A stretch of 64,000 nucleotides of DNA from an uncultured Methylomirabilota bacterium. GTDB taxonomy: Bacteria; Methylomirabilota; Methylomirabilia; Methylomirabilales; 2-02-FULL-66-22. The first letter of the stretch is position 1; every line of letters begins with the position of its first letter. The translations under genes and the position numbers were made by a program. Positions 19,629-28,550 of the stretch are shown here, one piece after another. The notes beneath the pieces are model-generated. The model was given only the letters and a program-made list of their open reading frames with translations, was not told the origin of the DNA and made no database searches. The stretch is from NCBI GenBank assembly GCA_963845565.1, contig CAWJSJ010000004.1:64001-128000 (forward strand), given 5' to 3'.

Positions 19629-21206
19629 ATGCGCACGATGTGGCGATTCGGAATCCTGATGCTCTTGATCATCGGCCTGGCGGCGAGTCCGGCGGCCGCC
19701 AAGACGTTCACGTGGGCGTTCAACGGGGACGCGCTGACGATGGACCCCCACGCGTCCAACAACACCTTCACCAACGCGTTTGCGAACTACATCTACGAGG
19801 GCCTCACGCGGCATAACTACGAGATCAAGATCGAGCCGGCCCTGGCGACCTCGTGGAAGACGATCAGCCCGACCGTCTGGCGCTTCACGCTGCGCAACGG
19901 GGTGAAGTTCCACGACGGGGCCGATTTCGACGCGGACGACGTGGTCGCCACCTGGCAGCGCATGAACACGCCCGGCGCCCTGGTGATGACGGTCGTCAAC
20001 CCGATCAAGGATGTTCGCAAGGTGGATTCCCACACCGTGGACATCGAGACCAAGCAGCCGTTCCCGATCCTGCTCTCCATCCTCACCCACTTCTTCGTCA
20101 TGGATAAGGGCTGGATGGAGAAGAACGACGCCAAAGCGTCCACCGACCTTCAGCAGAAGAAGGAGAACTTCGCGAACCGGAACGCCAACGGCACCGGGCC
20201 CTTCAAGCTGAAGAGTCGCGAGATCGATGTCAAGACGGTGCTGGAAGTGAATCCGAGCTGGTGGGACAAGCCGCAGCACAACCTGACCGAGGTGGTGTTC
20301 ACCCCGATCAAATCGGACGCGACCCGGACCTCTTCTTTGCTTTCGGGGGCGATTGACGCCACCATCTCCATTCCCTTGCAGGACATCCAGCGGGTATCGA
20401 GCGACCCGAAGCTCCAGGTCGTCCAAGGGCCGGAGCTCCGGACGATCTTCTTCGGCTTCGACGTGCACCGGGAGGAATTGCTGTACTCGGACGTCAAAGG
20501 GAAGAACCCGTTCAAGGACATCCGCGTGCGCCGCGCCTTCTACCAGGCGATCGACATCGAGGCTATCAAGCGGTCGGTGATGCGCGGGAATGCGTGGCCG
20601 GCGGGCGTGGTGATGTCGCCGTACCTGACGGGGGCTCCCAAGGATCTGAACACCCGGTTGCCCTTCGATCCGGAGGCGTCCAAGAAGCTCCTGGCCGAGG
20701 CGGGCTATCCCAATGGCTTCTCCGTCGGCCTGAGCTGCCCGAACGAGCGGTACGTGTACGACGAGAATATCTGTCTGGCCGTGGTCTCGATGCTGGCCAA
20801 GGTCGGGGTGAAGATCGAACCGCAGATCGAGCCGACGGCGAAGTGGTCGCAGCGGCTGAACAACCTGGACGTCTCCATGTACATGATCGGCCACGCGGGA
20901 TTGCCCACGGCGGATGCCTACAGCACCCTGTCCGAGGTCATCGCCACGCGCGGCGGCGGCATGGGCGGCCTGAACGCGGGCCGTTACTCGAATCCGAAGT
21001 TCGATGATCTGCTGAAGCGAATCGAGCGCGAGGTGGATTCGACCAAGCGGGAAGCCATGATCCGCGATGCGCTGCAGATCGCCAAGGATGACATCGCGTT
21101 CATCCCGCTGCATCAGCAGCCCATCGTGTGGGCCTCCAAGAGGGGCATCGACATGAAGCAGGCGCCGGACAATCGGCTGCGGCTGTGGTACGTCACCATG
21201 CCTTAA
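19629..21206 (+). CDS. ABC substrate-binding protein family 5 (DppA-like)
   Basis: Signal peptide, [45 protein letters not shown]. Confidence 0.93.
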   Translation: MRTMWRFGILMLLIIGLAASPAAAKTFTWAFNGDALTMDPHASNNTFTNAFANYIYEGLTRHNYEIKIEPALATSWKTISPTVWRFTLRNGVKFHDGADFDADDVVATWQRMNTPGALVMTVVNPIKDVRKVDSHTVDIETKQPFPILLSILTHFFVMDKGWMEKNDAKASTDLQQKKENFANRNANGTGPFKLKSREIDVKTVLEVNPSWWDKPQHNLTEVVFTPIKSDATRTSSLLSGAIDATISIPLQDIQRVSSDPKLQVVQGPELRTIFFGFDVHREELLYSDVKGKNPFKDIRVRRAFYQAIDIEAIKRSVMRGNAWPAGVVMSPYLTGAPKDLNTRLPFDPEASKKLLAEAGYPNGFSVGLSCPNERYVYDENICLAVVSMLAKVGVKIEPQIEPTAKWSQRLNNLDVSMYMIGHAGLPTADAYSTLSEVIATRGGGMGGLNAGRYSNPKFDDLLKRIEREVDSTKREAMIRDALQIAKDDIAFIPLHQQPIVWASKRGIDMKQAPDNRLRLWYVTMP

Positions 21207-21330
21207 CGGCTGCTGAAAACGGCCCACCTGCAGCGTTGGAGCGCCTCGCCACTCGCTGCGACGTACTTCCAGTACGCCTCGCTCGGGCCGTCGGCACTCC
21301 GCCTTGCATCTGGGCCATTTTGAGCAGCCT
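21207..21330 (+). mobile_element. MITE-like repeat family A, copy 3
   Basis: GGCTGCTGAAAACGG...TTTTGAGCAGCC directly after TAA. Confidence 0.85.
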
Positions 21331-21461
21331 GGATGAGAGTGAGTCATGGGGCATACTTGAAAGACCTGAGAATCTGTAGGATGCGAAGCGAGCGGGCCGG
21401 GTCCGTGGAGGGCCCGGCCCGCGCGCCGTTTGACCTCTGACACGTTGCCAAGGAGTGTGCC

Positions 21462-22904
21462 ATGGCGGATATTCTGATCACGAACGGCGTCGTCATCACC
21501 ATGGACCCGGACCGCCGGGTTCTGGAGCGCGGTGCGGTGGCCATCGAGGGGTCTCGGATCGTCGCCGTCGGGGACAGCGACACCCTCACGCGTACCCACC
21601 CGGCTCCCCGGGTCATCGACGCGACCAAGAAAGTGGTGATGCCGGGGCTCATCGATGGGCACGCCCACGCCGGGCACGGCCTGGTGAAGACGCTGGGAGG
21701 CGGCCGGGGGGAGCTGTGGTACAAGGCGTGCGAGCAGATCTACACGGTGGGCTCCACGGAGGAGTTCTGGCGGGCGGAGGCGCTCCTGTCGGCGCTCGAG
21801 CGATTGAAGTGCGGGACGACCTGCGGCGTCTCCTACCTGGGAGGCGGAGACGACATCATGCGGACCGACGAGCCGGTTTACGGCGAGCAGCACTGCCGCG
21901 CGGTGCAACAGATCGGCATCCGGTCTTTCTTGGCGGCGGGGGTGTGTCGGCCGCCGTTTCCGCGGACATTTGCGCGCTGGGATGCCGGTACACGAAACGA
22001 CGTGTCCGTCACTTTCCAGCGGCAGTTCGCCACTTGTGAAGAACTGATCCGTGGATGGCACGGAGCGGCCGACGGCCAGATCCGGGTCTGCCTGACGTTT
22101 CCGGTGCAACACCCCAACGCTGCGGAGAAGGGCCAGGCGTCCGTGGACGCGGTACGAGAGCAGGCCCAGGCCGTTCGCAGCCTCAGTCGCGCCCGCGGGG
22201 TGCTCTTCACCCAGGACGGCATCCGGCGCGGGTGCCTGAAGCTCGCGCACGAGTCGTTCGGATTCCTCGGACCGGACGCGTTCTTCTCCCACTCCGTGGA
22301 TCTCACGGGCGAGGAGATCGCCCTGTGCCGCGAGACCGGCGCCAGGATCTGCCACAACCCGAGCGCCAACATCTCGATCCAGGGGCGATGTCCGGTGCCG
22401 GAGCTGCTGGACGCCGGCGTGACGGTGATGCTGGGCTCCGACGGAACGGCGCCGGATCGCGGCTACGACATGTTCCGCCACATGTGGCAGTGCATGCACT
22501 ACCACCGGCGGCACTTCCGGGATACCGGCGTCCTGCCCCCCGGGAAAGTCCTGGAGATGGCGACGATCGATGCCGCGCGGGCGCTCGGGCTGGACGGGGA
22601 GATCGGCTCGCTCGAACCGGGCAAGCGCGCGGACCTCATTCTGGTGGACCTGGCCAAACCGCACCTCTATCCGCAGAACATGCCGGTGTATCGCGTGATG
22701 TACTTTGCCAACGGCGCGGACGTGGACACCGTCGTGGTGAACGGGAAGATTCTCATGGCGGGGCGGCGGGTCCTGACGGTGAACGAGGCGGAGGTCCTGG
22801 ATCTGGCGCAGCAGGAGACCGAGCGGATGCTGGATCGCTGCGGACTCAGACACCTTACCGAGTTTCCGCCGCAGTTTTGGGGACACAGCCGATACCCCGT
22901 GTAG
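21462..22904 (+). CDS. Amidohydrolase, SsnA/AtzA/nucleobase deaminase family
   Basis: PGLIDGHAH, GTT, HNPSAN, LGSDG, GSLEPGKRAD. Confidence 0.88.
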   Translation: MADILITNGVVITMDPDRRVLERGAVAIEGSRIVAVGDSDTLTRTHPAPRVIDATKKVVMPGLIDGHAHAGHGLVKTLGGGRGELWYKACEQIYTVGSTEEFWRAEALLSALERLKCGTTCGVSYLGGGDDIMRTDEPVYGEQHCRAVQQIGIRSFLAAGVCRPPFPRTFARWDAGTRNDVSVTFQRQFATCEELIRGWHGAADGQIRVCLTFPVQHPNAAEKGQASVDAVREQAQAVRSLSRARGVLFTQDGIRRGCLKLAHESFGFLGPDAFFSHSVDLTGEEIALCRETGARICHNPSANISIQGRCPVPELLDAGVTVMLGSDGTAPDRGYDMFRHMWQCMHYHRRHFRDTGVLPPGKVLEMATIDAARALGLDGEIGSLEPGKRADLILVDLAKPHLYPQNMPVYRVMYFANGADVDTVVVNGKILMAGRRVLTVNEAEVLDLAQQETERMLDRCGLRHLTEFPPQFWGHSRYPV

Positions 22905-23030
22905 CCGACTGCTGAAAACGGCCCATCTGCAGCGTTGTCGCGCTCGGGCGCTCGTTACAGCGTACCTGGAGTACGCTTCACTCGGCCCGTCGGTGCGCCG
23001 CCTTGCATCTGGACCGTTTTGAGCAGTCGG
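22905..23030 (+). mobile_element. MITE-like repeat family A, copy 4
   Basis: CCGACTGCTGAAAACGG...CCGTTTTGAGCAGTCGG directly after TAG. Confidence 0.85.
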
Positions 23031-23266
23031 CGGGGCACAGAAGAAAGCAGGGGGCAGGGGAGACGGGAAGGGCGACAGGGGCGAAAAGGGGATGCTGGCA
23101 GCAGGCAGCCGGCAGCGAGCGGGCGACGGAGGTGAGGCTTTCAGCTCTCAGCCGAGAGCTGACCGATGAGTGCTGATCGCTGCAAAAGCCCGAGAGCGTG
23201 CAGTGAGTAGTTCCGAGCGCTACGCGCCATGCGCTTTGCGCTATGCGCAGATGCGAGGGGTGGGGC

Positions 23267-24010
23267 ATGAAGATCAAGGTCATCAATCCGAACACGACGC
23301 AGAGCATGACCGAGAAGATCGGTGCGGCGGCCCGGGCGGTGGCGGCGCTGGGGACCACGATTCTTGCCGCGAGTCCCTCGATGGGTCCGGTGTCCATCGA
23401 GGGCCATTACGACGAAGCGGTAAGCGTGCTCGGCGTGCTGGACGAGGTGCGGCGGGGCGAGGCGGAGGGCTGCGACGGGTACGTCATCGCCTGCTTCGGG
23501 GACCCCGGGCTCCTGGCGGCGCGCGAGATCGCGCGCGGTCCCGTCCTGGGCATCGCCGAGGCCGCCATGCACGCGGCCAGTATGGTGGCAACCGGCTTCT
23601 CCATCGTCACGACGCTGGCACGGACCGTCGGGATCGCCCGCCATCTTGTCGAGGCCTACGGGATGTCCCGCCACTGCCGGGGCATCCGGGCGACGGACCT
23701 TGCCGTATTGGACCTCGAGCGGCCGGACTCCTCGGCGTCCGCGGCCATCCTCGAGGAATGCCGCCGCGCCGTGCGCGAGGATCGCGCCGATGCCATCGTC
23801 CTGGGCTGCGCGGGGATGGCCGACCTGGCGAAACGGATCGGAGACGAACTCCGGCTTCCGGTGGTGGACGGGGTGACGGCCGCGGTCAAGCTGGTCGAGG
23901 CGCTGGTGGCGCTCGGCCTTCGGACGAGCAAGGCGGGGGAGCTGGCTTTCCCGCTGCCGAAGGTCTATACCGGCCTGGTCGAGCCGTTCGCGCCGGACGC
24001 AGGCTGCTGA
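23267..24010 (+). CDS. Allantoin/hydantoin racemase (Asp/Glu racemase family, HpxA-like)
   Basis: INPNTTQSMT, SIEGHYDE, IACFGDPG, LGCAGM, TSK. Confidence 0.9.
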   Translation: MKIKVINPNTTQSMTEKIGAAARAVAALGTTILAASPSMGPVSIEGHYDEAVSVLGVLDEVRRGEAEGCDGYVIACFGDPGLLAAREIARGPVLGIAEAAMHAASMVATGFSIVTTLARTVGIARHLVEAYGMSRHCRGIRATDLAVLDLERPDSSASAAILEECRRAVREDRADAIVLGCAGMADLAKRIGDELRLPVVDGVTAAVKLVEALVALGLRTSKAGELAFPLPKVYTGLVEPFAPDAGC

Positions 24011-24164
24011 AAAAGGCCCATCTGCGGGGACCCATCCTCCGGACGGGTACCCCGCGCGCTCGCGCGCTCGCTGCGGCGTACCTGGAGTACGCCTCGCTCG
24101 GCCCCCGGGTGCCCATCCGTAGGATGGGTGGTGCCGCCTAGCAGCCGGACCTTTTTGAGCAGCC
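24002..24164 (+). mobile_element. MITE-like repeat family A, copy 5; supplies the racemase stop codon
   Basis: GGCTGCTGAAAAAGG...CCTTTTTGAGCAGCC. Confidence 0.85.
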
Positions 24165-24239
24165 CGAGCGAGAGCGTGGTCTTCGGAATCTAGCTCGCCT
24201 CGCCGCCCCGCAAGATGTACGTCTGTGTCGGTGCGTGCC

Positions 24240-24269
24240 TTGACAATCATACCAAGTCGAGAGTAGCCT
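24240..24269 (+). promoter_or_regulatory. Candidate promoter reading into the cassette array
   Basis: TTGACA-18-TAGCCT. Confidence 0.4.
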
Positions 24270-24490
24270 TCCAGCCATCGTACCTCTCCCTCATTACCAG
24301 CGGAGGCGGCTCCATGGGGTCGGCCAGAAACGGCGCTCCGGACCCGAAGCGTGCCAGCGGTTTGGCCCGTCCACCGTGGCCACTCCGGGTGCATTCCCGC
24401 CCCACCTGGCGTCCGTCCTCTCAGCCAGCAATCCAAACCCCTCGACCGCCATCCCACCGAGTTGGCCGGACCGGCGATCAACGCCTGTCT

Positions 24491-24616
24491 GCGGTACGAG
24501 AACTCCCGGGCCATCACGACGTCACCGCCACGATGATCTATTCGCATATCCTCAATCGTGGACCGGCGGGTGTCCGTAGCCCGTTAGGCCGTGACCGAAT
24601 CTATTCACACCCGTAA
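24491..24616 (+). pseudogene. intI: C-terminal remnant of an integron integrase
   Basis: [31 protein letters not shown] matches the IntI box II/C-terminus (ELLGHxDVxTTMIYTHVLNRG..GVRSPL). Confidence 0.85.
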
Positions 24617-24630
24617 GGAACTTTGCCACA

Positions 24631-25377
24631 ATGGACATCCCACGGATCTTCAACATCACCGAAAGTGCTCACCGCATCCATAACCCGATCACACCCGAAA
24701 AACTCGCCACCCTCGGCACGGCGCTGCGTCTGGCACCGGGGGCCCGAGTGCTCGACCTCGGCAGCGGTTCGGGGGAGATGCTGTGCACCTGGGCACGCGA
24801 TCACGGCGTCAGCGGCACCGGCATCGACATGAGCCAGTTGTTCACCGAGCAAGCGAGACGCCGTGCTGTAGAACTCGGCGTCGCCGATCAAGTCAAGTTC
24901 ATCCATGGCGATGCGGCCGGCTATGTCTCTGATGAGAAGGCCAGTGTGGCCGCCTGTGTCGGTGCCACGTGGATCGCCGGGGGAGTCGCCGGCACGATCG
25001 AGCTTCTGGCGCGCAGCCTGCGCACCGGAGGGATCATCCTCATCGGCGAGCCCTACTGGCGGCAGTTACCGCCGACGGAAGATGTGGCCAAGGGGTGTCT
25101 TGGCAACTCCATCTCCGACTTTCTCAGGCTTCCAGAACTTCTCGCGACTTTCGGCCACCTCGGCTACGACGTCGTGGAAATGGTTTTGGCAGACCAAGAC
25201 AGCTGGGACAGATACGAGGCGGCCAAGTGGCTCACCATGCGCCGATGGCTTGAAGCCAATCCCGACGACGAGTTCGCGAAAGATGTTCGAGCCCAACTGA
25301 CCTCGGAACCCGAGCGCTACGCCGCGTACACGCGTGAGTACCTGGGCTGGGGTGTGTTCGCGCTGATGCCGCGGTGA
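24631..25377 (+). CDS. Class I SAM methyltransferase, YjhP-like (cassette 1)
   Basis: MDIPRIF..ES.HRIHNP, VLDLGSGSGE, WDRYEAAKWLTMRRWL. Confidence 0.88.
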   Translation: MDIPRIFNITESAHRIHNPITPEKLATLGTALRLAPGARVLDLGSGSGEMLCTWARDHGVSGTGIDMSQLFTEQARRRAVELGVADQVKFIHGDAAGYVSDEKASVAACVGATWIAGGVAGTIELLARSLRTGGIILIGEPYWRQLPPTEDVAKGCLGNSISDFLRLPELLATFGHLGYDVVEMVLADQDSWDRYEAAKWLTMRRWLEANPDDEFAKDVRAQLTSEPERYAAYTREYLGWGVFALMPR

Positions 25378-25513
25378 TGCGTTGGGGCATCCGGGGATTG
25401 TCAACGGCTGTGCCGCGCAACAGCTGGTGGCTCGCCGAGATGTGATTGCGCCTGAATTCATTTCTTACGGTCTCGTTGTCCGTGCAATCAACAGAAAGGC
25501 CTGTCACAGGCAG

Positions 25514-25573
25514 GCCTAACAACCGGTTGCAGCGGACGACGCTCCGCGCCGCCGGTAAACCGGAGCGTTGCGC
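25514..25573 (+). repeat. attC site of the methyltransferase cassette
   Basis: GCCTAAC-AACCGGTTGCAGCG...AACCGGAGC-GTTGCGC. Confidence 0.8.
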
Positions 25574-25717
25574 GGGCTTGGCACGCAGGTGGCTTGGGCG
25601 CGCCGGCCCGCTGGTCGACACTCGGGTGGTGACCGAATATCTGGCGGCCCCCGCGCCCGTGCAACGGGGCCGCGGCTTGCCAGCCGCCCTCGGGCGTCGC
25701 GTCTTGCGCCGCCCAAC
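25567..25717 (+). repeat. 151-bp ORF-less cassette, copy 1
   Basis: Direct repeat of 26480-26630; starts at GTT, ends at GCCCAAC. Confidence 0.8.
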
Positions 25718-25763
25718 CGCGGGCCCCGTTAGCACCATCGCATGAAAAGACGGAGGACCAGGA

Positions 25764-26423
25764 ATGAACTCATTCGAGCGGCTCGTTCGCGCGGTCGTCA
25801 TCCAGACGCTCCGTGACACCGGGTTCGCTCCTTCGGCCGCGCAGATCGCCGCCACATTGAGCGCCTCTGAACCGGACATCTCTTCGGCACTGCACTCCCT
25901 ATCTGAGAGGCACAGGCTTGCGCTTCTGCCAGGAACCGACAAGGTGTGGATGGCGCATCCGTTCTCCGGCGTGGAAACCGACTTCGCCGTCTCCATCGGT
26001 AAGCGTCGATGGTTCGCCAACTGCGTGTGGGACGGTCTGTCGATACTCGCGCTGCTCGGTGACGGAAACCTCTACACCCACTCGCCGGCCACAGGCGAGC
26101 CGATCCAGCTTACGGTGTCCGCCCGCAAAGTTCTCGGCGAAGCGCTGGTCCACTTTCTGGTGCCAGCCCGGCGTTTCTGGGACGACATCGGATTTACCTG
26201 AGCGAACATCACCGCCTTCCGGTCGGAAGGTGAGTTGGATGCGTGGCTTAGGTCCCGCGGCTACCCCAAGGGAGCGATCGTCGTTCCCCAGATCCTATAT
26301 AATCTCGGTGCTGACTGGTACGCCACCCGCCTTGAGGTTGATTGGAAACCGGCGAGCGCAGAGGAGGCTACGGTCCTGTTCGCGAAGCACGGGCTGGTCG
26401 GCGGTTTCTGGTCGTTAATCTAG
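25764..26423 (+). CDS. MerB-like organomercurial lyase with in-frame UGA (probable selenocysteine, codon 146)
   Basis: MAHPFS, ANCVWD (CxxD); TGA 26199-26201 followed in frame by ANITAFRSEGELDAW...WY.TRL..DW...GFW; SECIS-like hairpin downstream. Confidence 0.8.
26202..26235 (+). promoter_or_regulatory. Putative bacterial SECIS element
   Basis: GCCTTCC-GGTC-GGAAGGT stem-loop; G-starting loop about 20 nt after the UGA. Confidence 0.7.
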
Positions 26424-26429
26424 TAAAGG

Positions 26430-26486
26430 TGCTAACCCCCCACTTCAGCCGACGCGAAACCCGCGCGGCTGATTTCGGCGTGGCGC
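26430..26486 (+). repeat. attC site of the MerB-like cassette
   Basis: TGCTAAC...TTCAGCCG.CGCG-AAACC-CGCGCGGCTGA...GTGGCGC. Confidence 0.75.
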
Positions 26487-26630
26487 GGGCTCGGCACGCA
26501 GGTGGCTTGGGCACGCCGGCCCGCTGGTCGACACTCGGGTGGTGACCGAATTTCTGGCGGCCCCCGCGCCCGTGCAACGGAGCCGCGGCTTGCCAGCCGC
26601 CCTCGGGCGTCGTGTGCCGCGCCGCCCAAC
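26480..26630 (+). repeat. 151-bp ORF-less cassette, copy 2
   Basis: About 9 substitutions and no indels relative to copy 1. Confidence 0.8.
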
Positions 26631-26719
26631 CGTGCCGGCAGCCAACATCCCTCCGCTGTGCTCCGGGGCTTCGCCCCGCCGCCCGCGGCGGGGTGCGGCT
26701 GAGCCGTCGCCCCGTTCGA
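26624..26719 (+). repeat. attC site of ORF-less cassette copy 2
   Basis: GCCCAAC...GGCAGCC...GGCTGAGCC...GTTCGAC. Confidence 0.65.
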
Positions 26720-26726
26720 CGCAGCT

Positions 26727-27476
26727 ATGATTTTGAAATCAATAGCGACATCGATGCTTTTGGTGGCCCTTATCCTTTTCGGGACGGTCGGATGTTCATC
26801 GATTGAAAGGGCGTTGCTCTTCCATCCTACTCATCGGCCTGATAATAACAGTCTGACGCCATGGACCAAAAACGGCGAAACCATCGGCTATTCGCGAAAG
26901 ATCGAATCGCCCAAGAACATATGGCTGATGCTTCACGGAAACGCTGGTCAGGCATCTGACCGCTTGTACGCAGTGCCAAGTTTTTCTGATGAAGATTCGG
27001 TTTTTATTCTTGAATATCCAGGATACGGGAGTCGTGAAGGTGTTCCATCGAAAGAGGCTTTTTATCGGGCGGCCAAAGAAGCCTACCTCCTTCTTAGGGA
27101 GACTTACCCTCACACTCCGGTATGTGTGGCCGGGGAATCGATTGGAACGGGCCCTGCCTCATCCCTTTCAAGCCTCAGCCAGCCACCCGACAAGTTGGTA
27201 CTCATCGTTCCTTTCGATAAACTTTCTTTGGTAGCCAAAGATCAATTCCCATCCTTTCTTGTTGATCTGATCCTGAAGGACGACTGGGACAACGTAGAGG
27301 CGCTTTCAAATCACAAAGGCCCAGTCCATATTTTCGGTGCTGAAGCAGACACAATTATCCCCGTGGGGCGCGCAAAGGCTCTTGCTGCCGTTATTCCCAG
27401 GGCGAAAATGGAGATCATTGGCGGTGGCCATAATGATTGGTCTTATCAGGGACGAGTGACAATAAGGAATCCGTGA
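26727..27476 (+). CDS. Alpha/beta hydrolase, probable lipoprotein (cassette)
   Basis: Lipobox TVGC, HGNAG, EYPGYG, GESIG, GGHND; visibly lower GC than host genes. Confidence 0.87.
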   Translation: MILKSIATSMLLVALILFGTVGCSSIERALLFHPTHRPDNNSLTPWTKNGETIGYSRKIESPKNIWLMLHGNAGQASDRLYAVPSFSDEDSVFILEYPGYGSREGVPSKEAFYRAAKEAYLLLRETYPHTPVCVAGESIGTGPASSLSSLSQPPDKLVLIVPFDKLSLVAKDQFPSFLVDLILKDDWDNVEALSNHKGPVHIFGAEADTIIPVGRAKALAAVIPRAKMEIIGGGHNDWSYQGRVTIRNP

Positions 27477-27495
27477 GGCGTTTCTCATCATTGCT

Positions 27496-27542
27496 GTCGA
27501 AGAATGGCTTGCAGCGGATCGCCGGGAGGGGCCCCGTTGGGC
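27496..27542 (+). repeat. Truncated attC site
   Basis: GTCGAAG..TTGCAGCGGA...GGGCCCC-GTTGGGC; right-hand L box missing. Confidence 0.55.
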
Positions 27543-27751
27543 TAGGTGAGAAAGGAGAAGTTGCGCCGCACGGGAATGGGAGACGCGCTCAGCATCCACG
27601 TCGAGTTCGGGTTCTAACTCGTGTTCACGGTCGTCATTTCGGTCGCTGCATGTGTCGCGGGCTGGCGCTACATCAGGAGCATTTCTCGTCGGGGTGTTGG
27701 AGGCCAGCGCAGCAAGCAGCACGAGAACGACGCCCCGTGAGGCGAGTTGCT

Positions 27752-27839
27752 CCCCGAATACGCGCACCGAGCTGACGCGTTCAGGATTTGCGCACTACGC
27801 TTGGCTTCACGCGCGCAGGTTACGCGCACAACGTTCGCG
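27752..27839 (+). repeat. Degenerate attC site closing a short decayed cassette
   Basis: CCCCGAAT..GCTGACGCGT...ACGCGCGCAG...AAC-GTTCGCG. Confidence 0.5.
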
Positions 27840-27862
27840 GGAACCAAACAGGAGAGTCGAAC

Positions 27863-28399
27863 GTGTCACAGAATCTCGTATTGACTGTAATTGGCGCGGC
27901 AGTTGGTGTTGGGCTTGTGGCAGTGATTGCGTACCAAGTCGCCCGTTTCATGCGGGGATCGATCACGTTGTCCCTGCGACGCGGTGCGTTCAATCCCGGA
28001 GATACAATCACTGGCAGGTGCGAGCTTCATACAAAGAAGGCTATCCACGGAAACCAGCTGAGTGTCAGCCTGATTGGCGTGCAGGTGACCACCTCCTACA
28101 ACGGCGGGAAGCGGCGAACGCGTTCCCGCGAAATCTATAGAAATGAGGTTCTGCTGGAGGAAGGAAAGGCATACCCCGCCGGGCACACAGCAGGATATGA
28201 CTTCCAACTCGTCGTACCGAATGCGAATGCGCCAGAATTCTTGGACTCGCCGCTCGGGCAGACTCTCAGTACCGCCTTGCGACTCCTCAGCAACAGGGAC
28301 TCGCAGTTGAAATGGAAGGTCGAGGCCCGACTCGATGCACAGGGTGTCGACCTTGCGGCCGCACAATCCGTGTCGATCAACACCGGACAATGGCTTTAG
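27863..28399 (+). CDS. Membrane-anchored hypothetical protein, arrestin/SpoOM-like fold (cassette)
   Basis: N-terminal TM helix, FNPGDTITG, WKVEARLD..GVDL; AGGAG RBS. Confidence 0.6.
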   Translation: MSQNLVLTVIGAAVGVGLVAVIAYQVARFMRGSITLSLRRGAFNPGDTITGRCELHTKKAIHGNQLSVSLIGVQVTTSYNGGKRRTRSREIYRNEVLLEEGKAYPAGHTAGYDFQLVVPNANAPEFLDSPLGQTLSTALRLLSNRDSQLKWKVEARLDAQGVDLAAAQSVSINTGQWL

Positions 28400-28550
28400 A
28401 CCAGTGAGTCAGGCATTCTCGCTGACCGTCACGCTTGCATCTCGTCCTTGCGAAATAGTGCAAGAGGACAAGGCGAAGGAGTAGGCGGGCGGCAAGCGCG
28501 CCGGCAGCCAAACGCGCCGTCCGGCAAACATGGTCGCCGCAGTTCCTCTG

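Noticed and set aside
19557..22886. Very long antisense ORFs (also 43864-47859, 49617-52178, 54401-56872)
   Set aside because: Shadow frames of well-supported genes in high-GC DNA, with no recognisable motifs
25516..26629. Paired minus-strand ORFs MGGA... within the 151-bp repeats
   Set aside because: Similarity simply follows from the DNA repeat; TTG starts fall in the core site and have no RBS
25567..26630. CRISPR array
   Set aside because: Repeats are long, few and separated by genes; no regular 25-45 bp repeat-spacer pattern and no cas genes in the window
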